A DNA stretch of 64,000 nucleotides, taken from assembly GCF_006345805.1 (NCBI RefSeq), contig NC_043010.1, positions 14,012,001 through 14,076,000 on the forward strand, given 5' to 3'. The notes below the pieces were generated by a model. That model was not told the DNA's origin, ran no database searches, and saw only the letters and a list, made by a program, of their open reading frames with translations. Positions 23,828 through 35,962 of this stretch are shown here, one piece after another. The position numbers and the translations under genes were made by a program. The DNA comes from Octopus sinensis. Lineage: Eukaryota. Numbering within the stretch: position 1 is the first letter of the stretch; each line of letters starts with the position of its first letter.

Positions 23828-24078
23828 TACGGCCTATTATATGAATGCCTTTCCTCATACCAACCCTTACTTGTTTTCTAAGTAAGATAGCATATTCCTC
23901 TACTCTTTGAACATTGAACCACTAAGCTGTGAGGCATGTTTATAATAAACAAAATTATCACTGAAACTCATGCAGTATCAATATAAAGACGCAGAGAAAC
24001 AAACACACACCGTGGGCTTCTATGTAGTTTCTGTCTACCAATTTAAAAAAAAGTAATTGAGGCTATAGTAGAAGGTAC

Positions 24079-24452
24079 GGATCTTTTCAGTTTGAACGGC
24101 AGTCTTTTTCTAGTGGTGTCATATGAAATTGTCACCCATAATTATGACCCTAGTATCGATCTATTGCATTTCAATCTGTTTTAGGGTTAGGGGTGATGGG
24201 AAGGGTATCTTTTTTCTTCAGAAATGTAAATAAACCCAATCTGTTTCTTAAACGAGGGACATATTCATACGGCACAGAATGTTTTTTAACTCAATAGATG
24301 TCAGTGATTGGTTGAAATTGCAGAAATTGAAGAAAATATCTTACAAACTATAGAATTTTCTCAATATACGAAGTTTCTCAGTATACAAAGTTTAAAAGTG
24401 TTTAGTTACGGGAAATTATTTTAAAAAACTGCCGTTCAAACCGAAGAGATCC
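24079..24452 (+). mobile_element. GGATC-TIR MITE inside an old SINE A
   Basis: 8-bp TSD GAAGGTAC (24071-24078 and 24453-24460). Confidence 0.9.
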
Positions 24453-24711
24453 GAAGGTACATGCCCAGCGTACAATGCAGGGGGATTGAAACTGGAACAC
24501 CGTGGCTGCAAAGCAATTTCTCAACTCTTCAGCCATATCTGCAGCTGTTTGCATGCATGTGTGTGTGTGTGTATGTATATACATGTAAAGGTTTTTTTTT
24601 TTCTTTTCTTTGAGATTCATTCAAATTTTACACAAAAGTTGAACTGAAAAAAGGGACAAGTCATTTATGACAAAACAGTTCCTTGGATTTGTGGGTATAT
24701 CTGCTCTTATT

Positions 24712-25103
24712 GGATCTTTTCGGTTGGAACAGCAGTTTTTTAAAATAATTTCTAGGTAACTAACAAATTTTAAACTTCGTATACTGGTAGAATTTGTTTA
24801 TAAAACATCTTTTTCTCTTGGCTTTATTGAGAAAATTCTATAGTTTGTAAGATATTGTTTTTTTTCTTCAATTTCTGCAATTTCAACCAATCAATGACGT
24901 CTATTGAGGTGAAAACATTCTGTGCCGTATGAATATGTCCCTCGTTTAAGAAACAGGTTGGGTTTATTTACATTTGTGAAGAAAAAAAGATACCCTAACC
25001 CTAAAACAGATTGAAATGCAATAGATCGATACTAGGGTCATAATTATGGTGACGATTTCATATGACACCGCTAGAAAAAACTGCCGTTCAACCGAAAAGA
25101 TCC
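24712..25103 (-). mobile_element. GGATC-TIR MITE
   Basis: 8-bp TSD CTCTTATT (24704-24711 and 25104-25111). Confidence 0.9.
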
Positions 25104-25149
25104 CTCTTATTTAATGTATGTACATTTAGTACAGAAGCATCTGGAATTA

Positions 25150-25195
<46 letters not shown>

Positions 25196-25381
25196 TGTGT
25201 GTATCTATGTATGTCTTTCTCCCCTCCACCACCACCACTTGACAACTGGTGTGTTTGCATCACTGTAACTTAGCGGTTTGGCCAAAGAGACTGATAGAAT
25301 AAGTACCAGGCTTTAAAAAGAGAAAAATTCAAGGCAGTGCCCCAGCATAGCCACAGTCTAATGACTGAAGCATGTAAAAGA

Positions 25382-25413
<32 letters not shown>

Positions 25414-26193
25414 ATGTATACATTTGTATTCATGTGATTGAGTGTCTATGTTAATTCCAAGAAACTCAATGGGAGAATCTTTGGAATATTTTACACATTT
25501 TTTTTGTTTATGACTTGCGTTTGGGGCCACATATTAGTTTGCATTGTTCTTTGTTAGTACCAGCTTCCCACTCCACCCCAGTATTTCCAGGCTTTTGTAC
25601 AAATCTCTTGTTAACTGTAGATGAGACATTCGCATCCACTGGTCCACTAACCGCTACAACAGTATATGACTTTTGTTTCCTGGTTCATAGAACATTATAA
25701 CATTGCTATTTTTTTATTCAAATTTTCTACCAGCATTCCATATTTTTTAACAGTATAGATGTGTTCTGATTCTAGTGTACCTTCTGTATGGTTGTCAGTC
25801 TACTTCTTTCTACTAATAGCATTGTAAATAGTTTTGGTAGCAATGTCAATGTCTGATAGAAAACTTAGTATCTTACAGACATCTTAGAGCAGCAACTGTT
25901 GATGTGGGTGATATCTTCCATTCTCTTACTGCACACTCAACATTTTTTTTATCACGAAATAGCGGTTTAGAAACGTTTCTATTTCTTGTTGTTGAGACGT
26001 CTAAGTAGCTATCTTCTGTTCCTGAATAGTAAATAAATACATATTTACTATCCTTCTAGGTGGAATGTGATGTATCTGTTTCAGTCCCAGGAGCAACTAC
26101 TCTTCCTATCAGAATTGCTGATATCTTTCGTGGCATGTGTACTCTTACCGTGACTTCGGCTTACATGACAGGTGTTTCTCCAAGACTGTTTAA

Positions 26194-26828
26194 CCCTTTC
26201 ATTCTCTTTACTCTTTTACTTGTTTCAGTCATTTGACTGCGGCCATGCTGGAGCACCGCCTTTAGTCGAGCAAATCGAACCCCAGGACTTATTCTTTGTA
26301 AGCCCAGTACTTATTCTATCAGTCTCTTTTTGCCGAACCGCTAAGTGACGGGGACGTAAACACACCTGCATCGGTTGTCAAACAATGCTAGAGGGACAAA
26401 CACAGACACACAAACATATACATACACATACATACATATATATACATATATACCACAGGCTTCTTTCAGTTTCCGTCTACCAAATCCACTCACAAGGCAT
26501 TGGTCGGCCCGAGGCTATGGCAGAAGACACTTGCCCAAGATGCCACGCAGTGGGACTGAACCCAGAACCATGTGGTTGGTAGGCAAGCTACTTACCACAC
26601 AGCCACTCCTGCGCCTATTACTGTATTTATTTTGAGATGCTCTGTGTTTCTTTCAATTACTTTAAATATAACCAAGAATTTAGTAAAATAACTTAGTTAT
26701 CATTCAGCCAGTGTTAGGAACATAAATTGTTTCTAAGGTTTGGTGGAAGATTTTAATTCAAAACTTATGAAAACAAGACATCTGTACTTAGAGCCAGAGC
26801 TGGTTCAGCTGGGTTGGTAACGAAAGGG
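26194..26828. mobile_element. piggyBac-like MITE family 1 with nested SINE A (26202-26617)
   Basis: TTAA|CCCTTTC...CGAAAGGG|TTAA; reverse complement of 41127-41725. Confidence 0.85.
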
Positions 26829-27036
26829 TTAAGTAGTTTAGTTCAACCACAATTAGATCACATGGAACAGCTGTACACTTAGCTTTCTTCATCTACTCCA
26901 AAGATGATATCATTTTCCTGTTGAGCATTACATGTGATTTGGGCATTTTCCCCCTTTACTCTTCACTAGGTGCTGTGTGAGCGTTACAGAGTAACACTCA
27001 AATCTCTTTGGACTCATCTTTCTAACTTAGATCCTG

Positions 27037-27449
27037 GGATCTTTTCGGTTTGACCGGCAGTTTTTTCTAGCGGTGTCATATGAAATTGTCGCCCATAATT
27101 ATGACCCTAGTATCGATCTATTGCATTTCAATCTGTTTTAGGGTTAGGGGTGAGGGGAAGGGTATCTTTTTTTTTCTTCAGAACTGTAAATAAACCTAAT
27201 CTGTTTCCTAAACGAGGGACATTTTCATACGGCACAGAATGTTTTCACCTGAATAGACGTCATTGATTGGTTGAAATTGCAGAAATTGAAGAAAAAAAAC
27301 AACAAATATCTTACAAACTATAGAATTTTCTCAATAAAGCCAAGAGAAAAAGATGTTTTATAAACACATTCTACCAGTATACGAAGTTTAAAATTTTTTA
27401 GTTACGTGGAAATTATTTTAAAAAACTGCCGGTCAAACCGAAAAGATCC
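27037..27449 (+). mobile_element. GGATC-TIR MITE
   Basis: 8-bp TSD AGATCCTG (27029-27036 and 27450-27457). Confidence 0.92.
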
Positions 27450-27764
27450 AGATCCTGTCAGTATCACAGTTTACGTGGAAGTTACTAATATCTTTTCTAT
27501 CTCAGTATCCAAGTCGTGGACCCCATCACATGACCAATCTAATTCCTTAAATGTTGGTATTAGCACTGGCCCTGGAAAAATGATTCTTTCGAATGCAGAC
27601 AACTCTTGTTTCCATACATGAAGTCTGTTGAAGTATTCTTTTGTCACACTAACTTCAACGCTACCAATATTTGGAACATTCTCGTCTATTCTAAGGTACT
27701 TGTAACATTCGTTATTAGCAGTAGGGAAAATAAGACAAGGTCATTGATTCCATATTCCTCATCT

Positions 27765-28050
27765 GTGGAGGAACATGGCCTAGTGGTTAGAGCAGCGGAT
27801 TCGCAGTCGAGGGGTTGCGGGTTTGAATCCCAGACCGGACAATGTGTGTGTTTATGAGCGAAAACACCTAAGCTCCACGCGGCTCCAGCAGAAGGTAATG
27901 GCGAAACTTCTGCTGACTCTTTCGCCACAACTTTCTCTCACTCTTTCCTCCTGCATCTTGCAGCTCACCTGTGACGGACTGGCGTCCCGTCCAGGTGGGG
28001 AACCTATATGCCAAGAAGCCAGAAAACCGGCCCTTATGAGCCAGGCATAG
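27765..28050 (+). mobile_element. SINE family D
   Basis: GGCCTAGTGGTTAGAGCAGCGG...GGTTTGAATCCC...GACGGACTGGCGTCCCGTCCAGGTGGGG; matches 35650-35962. Confidence 0.85.
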
Positions 28051-28615
28051 TGAGGATTGCCCCGCCGACCTCCTTTAACAAGGAGGGAAAGGCTGTTTTC
28101 CTGTGTCTAGTGGCTGTAGCAAAAGGTGGTATGGTGGACCTGTTTGAAAGGGCTATGGTCAGACACTTTCCTCTTTGGCCCAGGCCTCATCAACTTTTTC
28201 AAGTTTCACTAGAAAAGGAAGATGAGAGTAGAGAGGGAAGTGCTGTCCGATAGCAAGTTTACTGAAAGGTGGATAAAAGTCGCAAGAATGGCCAGTATGA
28301 AAGGAGCCATTCTGAGGATACACCTGTAAGAAAAAGGTATTACAAAAGGAGAAAGGAGGCTCTCTACCCCCCTTTTGACCAGGGCTCCGTGGTTTTTATA
28401 GGTTTTTCCACCAGGAACCTTTCAAAGCGCCTCCCCCTATTGGGAGTTTTTCATTGTTACATATTTTCGTTCTTATGCTGTTTTTTACACGGATTTTTCA
28501 AACAGACAAAACCCTTTGTAACTTTTGTCCTGTGTTTTGTCCCTTTATGTTTTTAATTAATTTTTGTCAGCCCTTGTGGCCAATAAACGAATTTATTATT
28601 ATTATTGCTGTTATC
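28050..28615 (+). mobile_element. L1/Tx1-like LINE 3' end
   Basis: GKAVFLCLVAVAK...LINFFKFH*KRKMRVEREVLSDSKFTERWIKVARMASM; UTR ends GCCCTTGTGGCCAATAAA(TTA)n. Clade assignment is an inference. Confidence 0.65.
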
Positions 28616-28619
28616 TAAC

Positions 28620-29185
28620 TGTTTATATAGTATATTATTAGCATTAGTTTATACATTGATGCGTTACATTCGGTGTTCTGCGTTATAAGGTAACTAATTA
28701 AGCATTCAGTTGTTCTATATTTAATAAGCATTTGATTAACATAATGAATTTTATATGGCTTGTCTTTCTTTAATGAATTTTGTGCTTTGTATTTCTTACT
28801 ATCTTGTTTTATATTAGTTTTTCTTTTATTTACCATTTTTTTTATTTGCAGTATTTTTATTAGTCTTTATGGTTTGACCTGATGCGTTTCGTATCCTGTT
28901 TTACAAGGGCTCTGATAATGTTTCCATCTATTCTGTAGTTAATATACATTTGATTCAGTAATGCATTTCATGTGGTTTGTGTGCTTTTAATAGAGCGAGT
29001 AGTGTCTGATCTATTTGTGTTCTATTTGTGTTTCTATTGTATGGCTTGGTCTATTTAGCCTTTGTTGATTAATGTTTGTATTATTGTCGAGATTTCTTTA
29101 TCTAGTGATTCGTTTCTGGAATGTAAATGGTTCTACCTCTGACATTTTTGTATCTTTTGTAGACTTCCATTGTCTCAGTGTAAGT
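28620..29185 (-). mobile_element. Possible Penelope RT N-terminal relic
   Basis: Weak minus-strand similarity LLKAHKPHEMHY*IKCILTTE to the K.HK....RPIVS motif. Confidence 0.25.
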
Positions 29186-29884
29186 ATACCCTTTTATCTT
29201 TTACTTGTTTGGAGCCATGCTGGGGCATCACTTTGAAGGGGGTTAGTTGAGCAAATTGCTCCCAGTACTTTTTGCTTTTTGTTTTTTGTTTTTTTTATTT
29301 TATAAGTCTGGTACTTATTCCGTTAGTCTCTTTTGCCCAGCCGTTAAGTTACAGGGGATAAACAAACCAACACTGGTTGACAAGCAGTGGGGTGTAGATG
29401 GAAACAGAAACATAAAGGCACACACAGGTGTGTGCGTGCGCGCACGCGCGTGTGTGTGTGTGTGCACGCTGTTCCACACAGTTTCTGTGAATTTTACTTG
29501 CAAGGTATTGGTCAGTCCAGGGCTGTAGTAAAAAAGACACTTGCCCAAGGTGCTTCGCAATGGGATTGAACTTGAAACCACATGTTTGCAAAGTGATCTT
29601 ACCTACACAGCCATGCCAGTTTTTTATGCCTTTATTTGTGTCTTAAGAGTACAGATGTAATGTGCCTTTTTAAAAAAAATTTTTTTTTTTTTTAAATTCT
29701 GAATATTTATATCTAGAAATTCCTATTGTATTTTACTATCCTGGATATTGAATTTTAGTAGTGAGTTGTTATCAGAGTCTTCCTTCAATTTCTCAGCATC
29801 TAGTATGCCCAGTATATGTATATCATCCCCATATCAGATGTGTATTGTATGTTTATATCTTATCTTGTACGTTTATATTTTGGT

Positions 29885-30190
29885 ATGTGGTGGCGCAAAG
29901 GCCCAGTGGTTAGGACAGCAGACTCACAGTTGTAGGATCGCGGTTTCGATTCCCAGACCGGGCGTTGTGAGTGTTTATTGAGCGAAAACAGCTAAAGCTC
30001 GACAAGGCTCCGGCAGGGGGTGGTGGCGATCCCTGCTGTACTCTTTCGCCTCAACTTTCTCTCACTCTTTCTTCTGTTGGCCTGCTCGCTTAGCCAGTGG
30101 GGTGGCGTCATATGAAGGCTAAAACAGTGCGAAGCGCATTGTGACCAGCAATGTGTAGCAACATCTGATAGCCTGGTCGGTCACGGTGAT
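29885..30190 (+). mobile_element. SINE family D variant
   Basis: Shares head and GAGCGAAAACA.CTAAAGCTC core with 27765, different 3' part. Confidence 0.7.
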
Positions 30191-30292
30191 ATCTTGGTAT
30201 ATTTATATCTTATATTGTATGTTGATATCTTTTCTATTGTGGACATATACACTGAAGTTGATTGAGATGCAACTACTTTTCAGGCTTGTATC

Positions 30293-30657
30293 TCTCTCTT
30301 TTACTTGTTTCAGTCATTTGACTGTGGCCATGCTGGAGCACCGCCTTTAGTCGAGCAAATCAACCCCGGGACTTATTCTTTTTTGTAAGCCCAGTACTTA
30401 TTCTATCGGTCTCTTTTGCCGAACCGCTAAGTGACGGGGACATAAACACACCAGCATCGGTTGTCAAGCAATGCTAGGGGGACAAACACAGACACACAAA
30501 CATACACACACATACATACATATACATACATATATACGACAGGCTTCTTTCAGTTTCCGTCTACCAAATCCACTCACAAGTCATTGGTCGGCCCGGGGCT
30601 ATAGCAGAAGACACTTGCCCAAGATGCCACGCAGTGGGACTGAACCCGGAACCATGT
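30293..30657 (-). mobile_element. SINE family A (5'-truncated); another internally deleted copy at 31332-31630
   Basis: Family consensus match. Confidence 0.9.
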
Positions 30658-30785
30658 ATGTTCTCTTTAGAGTTTAAAGCCCCCAAAGTAATAATGCTGG
30701 ACCAACCAAAAATGAGGAGATTTAGTAGATCAAAACTGTGAGATGTATGGGTTTATAATTGTATGTGTATGTATGTATGTATGTT

Positions 30786-30844
<59 letters not shown>

Positions 30845-31084
30845 TTTCAGTCAGCAGGTGAAATCTAAAGATGCTCAATATAGAAAACATGTAGTAGTTT
30901 GAACTTAAACTCTAGTCTTTATCAAGGACTAGGGTCATGGGGGTAAAGAATGGCTATAAGAGAAATTCGGGTGAGCTGATATGGAGATAGTGTCTCAGAT
31001 AAACATGATTAGACTTGCTATATATAAATATACATACTTGTATATAAATACATTCATGGATATATATATATATATATATATATA

Positions 31085-31313
31085 GATAAGTTAAATATAC
31101 TCAGAAAATAAACACATATGTAAAAATATCTATCGTTAGCCACTACACACATTTTTTTCTCTCCTTGTTTCTCTCCCTGTTTTTTCTGTGTCCCTTTCTG
31201 TAGAAGAGCGTAGGCTCGAAACGTAAAAGACTTTTTCTATTCCTGAGCTAATACATCTGTTTGTTTTGTACACCACCCGTCTTCGTCTTTTGTTTTTTTC
31301 GTAAACTCTCCCA
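31085..31313 (+). mobile_element. Solo Penelope-type terminal repeat between (TA)n tracts
   Basis: Contains a minimal hammerhead; pyrimidine-rich body like 615-1245. Confidence 0.6.
31194..31229 (+). ncRNA. Minimal type I hammerhead ribozyme (core variant CUGUAGA)
   Basis: CTTT-CTGTAGA-A-GAGC-GTAG-GCTC-GAAAC-GTA-AAAG: stem I CUUU/AAAG, stem II GAGC/GCUC, palindromic ACGU stem III, GUA cleavage triplet. Confidence 0.7.
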
Positions 31314-32107
31314 ATATATATATATATATATTACTCTTACTCTTTTACTTGTTTCAGTCATTTGACTGTGACCATGCTGGAGCACCACCTTTTAGTTGAG
31401 CAAATCGACCCCAGGACTTATTCTTATGTAAGCCCCAGTACTTATTCTATCGGTCTCTTTTGCCGAACCGCTAAGTTACGGGGACGTAAACACACCAGCA
31501 TCCACTCACAAGGCTTTTGGCCCGAGGCTATAGTAGAAGACACTTGCCCAATGTGCCACGCAGTGGGACTGAACCCGGAACCATGTGGTTCGTAAGCATG
31601 CTAATTACCACACAGCCACTCCTACGCCTATATATTGACAAAAATCTGTGCATCCTCCCCTTAGTTGCCTGTATTTTTTATACTCCATATAAAAGTAAAT
31701 TTATTTCTCCATATATTTGAATATCTATATGCTTGTACATATGTATTTATCTTCTGAATATATTTACTTTCTGTGTGTGTTATGTATGTATGTACAGTAG
31801 TATTATTTATTTCTAATCTTCTGTGAAATCTTGTCTGCCGTGGGGAAATATTAGTTTGCTAGGAAACAAGTGAGTGTTGGCAACAAGAAAGACATCAGAC
31901 CACAGAAAAATATGCAATGAATTCCATTTTACCCAGGTAAGAATGGAAGAGTGAACATTAAAACAATGATGTTGTTGATTATGATGATGATGGTGGTGGC
32001 ATAATAATTTATATACACTGTGGTGTTTATGCTATCTTTTTTGAATTATAGTGTACCCAGCTGTATGGAAAAACCAGAAGAGCTGCAGGATCAAAAGTCT
32101 CAGTGTA

Positions 32108-32551
32108 CTTTGACTTTGACAGCATTCACCCGGGGTGGGTCGAGTTGGCTTCATTCATCCTCAATGCTGCATCTCTCACAAACGCTGACCAGGCCCGGCA
32201 ATTTGAGGCTAACAACTGCGTGATCTCTAACCACTCCTTATTCCAGCGGCAAACGCTGTAGATATGGGGGCCTAGGTTGGGTTCCAGATCAGCCTTGACT
32301 GTCATCAGCCAGGTTTTTCGTTGTCCACCACATCGCTTTCACCAACCCTGAAGGGGAGCCGGGGCAATTTCTTCTTAGATGAATTCTCCTGGTTGACGAC
32401 GGAGGGCATGACCCAGCCAACGCAGACGTCTCGTTAGGATGACTTGTCGGAGGGAGGTGATTCTGCACTGGTGTCGCACCGAATTGTTGGAGACAAAGTG
32501 ATGCCATCGGACATGAAGGATGCAGCGTAGACAGAGGTGATCGAAGGATCT
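32108..32551 (-). mobile_element. 5'-truncated RTE LINE
   Basis: RSFDHLCLRCIL...RRLRWLGHAL; 13-bp TSD AAGTCTCAGTGTA (32095-32107 and 32552-32564). Confidence 0.9.
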
Positions 32552-32921
32552 AAGTCTCAGTGTAGGCAATCCATGTTGGAGGGTAATAACTCTGAATCTA
32601 TATAAGGTTACTGAAGACTCTTTAGAGTCCTGTTCTGTCACAGACATCCTCTCTTGTGCCAGTAAATGATATACAATGCATTTTGTCTGTGCTGTAATGT
32701 GGTTTGATGGAGGGGAAATACCCAGTCCCCCCAACACACACAGACATGAAAAATAACAGGAAGCACAAGTTGGCCTGTTATCTCTGATCTGTGTACTGGA
32801 TGACTAAGAGGTATGATGTAAGTGGCATGACTCTGAGATCAATCCTGCCTATGCCAGCTTGGGGGGGAGGGGTGATGTAAAATGGTAATGGTGTGTTACA
32901 TACTTTTCTTTGTATGTGATT

Positions 32922-34564
32922 TATCGGGTCATCCCATAAATAATGCAGTTTTTTCAATTGCATGAACTAAAAGTCAGGTGGGGCAGACAAACTACCTGCA
33001 TCAACTTGCTATAAAGGCAGGTAGTAATTTTACCTTGTACTTATTCTTAGTGCAAGTTTTGAAGAGTGCTGTTTGATTTTTAACAATTACTAGCAGTATT
33101 GCCCGGCGTTGCTCAGGTTTGTTTCGACCCTTTAGAATTGGAATTTTTGAAAAGTAAAAATTTTGCATTATGTAGCTTGTTATTCTCTTTAAGTGAACAT
33201 TTTTCTGGTTGAAATACACCAAAAAATGGCGAGACAGCAGTAAAAAAATCGTAAAAAATAGGGATTTTCATAGAAAAAAAGCACCTTTTTGATGTAAATA
33301 ATTTTTGGTGTTAACATGGTCTGATTTGAATTTTTTCTTCTATGGAAGGAAGAGCAAGCCTTCTTCTATCATACTCTCAATTTTGGTGAACTTGCACTGC
33401 AGGGTCTCGGAGGAGATAGTGTTAGTTGAAGGCTACCAAACCTGCCATACACAGACAACTTCAGCTTTATATATATAGAGATTTTTTTCAAAACTATAAT
33501 GGAAGTGACAAAGGAGCATATTCAGCATATTTTGCTTTATGAGTTCAATAAAGGCAACAATGCAACAGAAAGTGCAAGGAATATTAATGCAGTATATGGG
33601 GATCAGACAATAAGCATAAACCAAGTGTGAATGGTGGTTCCGGAAATTCTGAGACAGAAAGTACAACCTAGAAGACAAGCCTCATCCTGGAAGATCTGTA
33701 GAACTTGATGAGGATGTTCTGCAAACCCTGGTGGAACAAAATTTCATCTTAACTATTGAGGAACTAGCAGAGAAGCTTGGATTTGGTTATTCATCCATAC
33801 ATCGACACCTGCATGCCATCTGAAAAGTCAGCAAATTGGGTCAATGGGTTCCTCACAAACTTTCTGAATCTAATCGTGCACAGAGAGTGAATGTGTGCTC
33901 TTCTTTGCTGTCACGTCTCACAAATGAACCTTTTTGTGGACCAAATAGTGACTTATGATGAGAAATGGGTTCTCTATAAAAATGTCAAGTGCCGAAGACA
34001 GTGGGTACAGAATGGAGAAACACTGGAATCCCAGGCTAAATAAGGTCTTCACCCATGTAAGGTGTTATCTGCTTGGTGGGATATGAAAGGTTTAATCCAT
34101 TTCGAACTTTTAAACCCAAACCAAATGATAACAAAGGAGATCTACTACAGGCAGCTTGAGCAACTTAAGTCAGTGCTAGAAGAAAAATGACCATCTTTGG
34201 TTTCAAGACAAAAAATGTTCTTCAATCTGGATAATGCTCAGCCACATATTTCAAGGATGACATTCCAAAGGCTGGAGCAGAATGAATGGGAAATGATGTT
34301 TCACCCACTATATTTGCCAGCCATTGCCCCATCTGATTATCATTTATTCTGTAGTCTTCAAAATCATTTGGACGGAAAAAAAAATGAATTCTGTAGACGA
34401 GGTCAGAACAGTACAGGAAGTGTATTTATTGTCATGGACAAGTGAATTTTGGAAGAGCATTGCAGAAAATGAAAGAGAGTATATTTTATATTAAAAAAGA
34501 ACTTTGATTATCTTAATTTTGAAAATAAAAGAAGTATAATTATTATATATGAGATGATCCAATA
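32922..34564 (+). pseudogene. Full-length decayed mariner (DD34D) transposon
   Basis: TIRs TATCGGGTCATCCCATAAATAAT / reverse complement TATTGGATCATCTCATATATAAT; ATG 33499 MEVTKEHIQHILLYEFNKG; IVTYDEKW, DNAQPH-34aa-DYHLF; several stops and frameshifts. Confidence 0.92.
33090..33481 (-). mobile_element. Non-autonomous Helitron nested in the mariner 5' UTR
   Basis: A|TCTCTATA...CGCCGGGCAATACTGCTAG|T; same ends as 22600-22982, different interior. Confidence 0.85.
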
Positions 34565-34947
34565 TAAGTTTCAAGCCTTACTGCTGTTACTACAATGACT
34601 GTGTTGTGCTCTTAAGCAAAGCTCATAAGCTCTGTGTGTTTGCGGGAGAGAAAATTCCCATTTGATACTCTAATTAACACTGAGTGATTAGCAGTCAAAA
34701 GAAACATTCTCCTTTAAAATTAGTTTCTCTGACTCCAGTACAACACTCGCACTATCATAAAAATCAGTAGAAAAAAAATAATAAATGTTCATACTATTTA
34801 AAGGATTACAACACTGTCTAAATCTTTAATCCTAATAAATAGCTTACATTAGATATTACTAACATATTTTGACATATTAGAAAAACTAAAAACTTCAGCA
34901 GAAATACTAAGCATTTCAGTTATTAGATTTGGTTTTTGTGTTTCAGG

Positions 34948-35327
34948 CCTTTACTCTCTTTTTGCGGCCATGCTGGAGCACCACCTTTAATCGAGCAACT
35001 CGACCCCGGGACTTATTCTTTTGTAAGCCCAGTACTTATTCTATCAGTCTTTTTTGCTGAACCGCTAAGTAACGGGGACATAAACACACCAGCATCGGTT
35101 GTCAAGCAATGCTAGGGGGACAAACGCAAACACATACACACATATTTATATATACATATATACGACAGGCTTCTTTCAGTTTCCGTCTACCAAATCCACT
35201 CACAAGGCTTTGGTCGGCCTGAGGCTATAGTAGAAGACACTTGCCCAAGGTGCCACGCAGTGGGACTGAACCCGGAACCATGTGGTCTGCAAACAAGCTA
35301 CTTACCACACAGCCACTCCTGCGCCTA
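34948..35327 (-). mobile_element. SINE family A
   Basis: Family consensus match. Confidence 0.9.
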
Positions 35328-35649
35328 GGGATAATTTTTTTTTTTTGGCATTGTTTATTTAGCCTGGATTTTGTTTTGTTGAAGCAATTTTTTTTGTTAC
35401 AGCTCTTTATTGGAAATCACTTAACCATGAGTAAAACTTATCTTTGTTCAGTTAAGCAAAATGAAGCATAATTTAGCTGATTTGCTTGGGACCAGAACAT
35501 AAATGCTCTATTCCTGAGTATTTTGCTTAGGGCCAGGACACAAATGCAGTGGTCTTAGGATTCAAACTTGTAGCCTCTAGTCCAGTGCCTTAACCTTCTA
35601 GCTATGGTACCTGCAAAAAATAAAGAAATCAGTTAGCAATTTAAGAGTG

Positions 35650-35962
35650 TGAAGGCACATGGCCTAGTGGTTAGTGCAGCGGACTCGCGGTCGACGGATC
35701 GCAGGTTCGAATCTCACACCGGACGATGTGTGTGTTTATGAGCGAAAACACCTAAGCTCCACGCGGCTCCGGCAGAAGGTAATGGCAAAACTTCTGCTGA
35801 CTCTTTCGCCACAACTTTCTCTCACTCTTTCCTCCTTCATCTTGCAGCTCACCTGCGATGGACCAGCGTCCCATCCAGGTGGGGAACCTATACGCCAAGA
35901 AACCGGGAAACCGGCCCTTATGAGCCAGGCATGGCTCGAGAAGGAACAAACAACAACAACAA
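35650..35962 (+). mobile_element. SINE family D, full length with (CAA)n tail
   Basis: A and B boxes; ends GGCATGGCTCGAGAAGGAACAAACAACAACAAC. Confidence 0.85.

Larger units (their letters stand above)
25400..27765 (-). mobile_element. Decayed R4/Dong-like LINE (RT C-terminus to Zn-knuckle/REL region) with three nested insertions
   Basis: CYKYLRIDENV...KEYFNRLHVWKQELSAF...NCDTDRI; FTIQEQKIAT; DKKC*VCSKRMEDITHINSCCSKMSVRY. Confidence 0.7.

Noticed and set aside
32565-32740. N-terminal part of ORF 32375-32737 as an exon
   Set aside because: The frame is open only by fusion to the RTE insertion; no convincing splice sites
33499-34470. Domesticated or active mariner transposase
   Set aside because: Multiple stops and frameshifts plus a Helitron in the 5' UTR
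35655-35725. tRNA gene (also heads of SINE A, B, C)
   Set aside because: A and B boxes are present but no complete cloverleaf acceptor stem or poly-T terminator; each continues into SINE body
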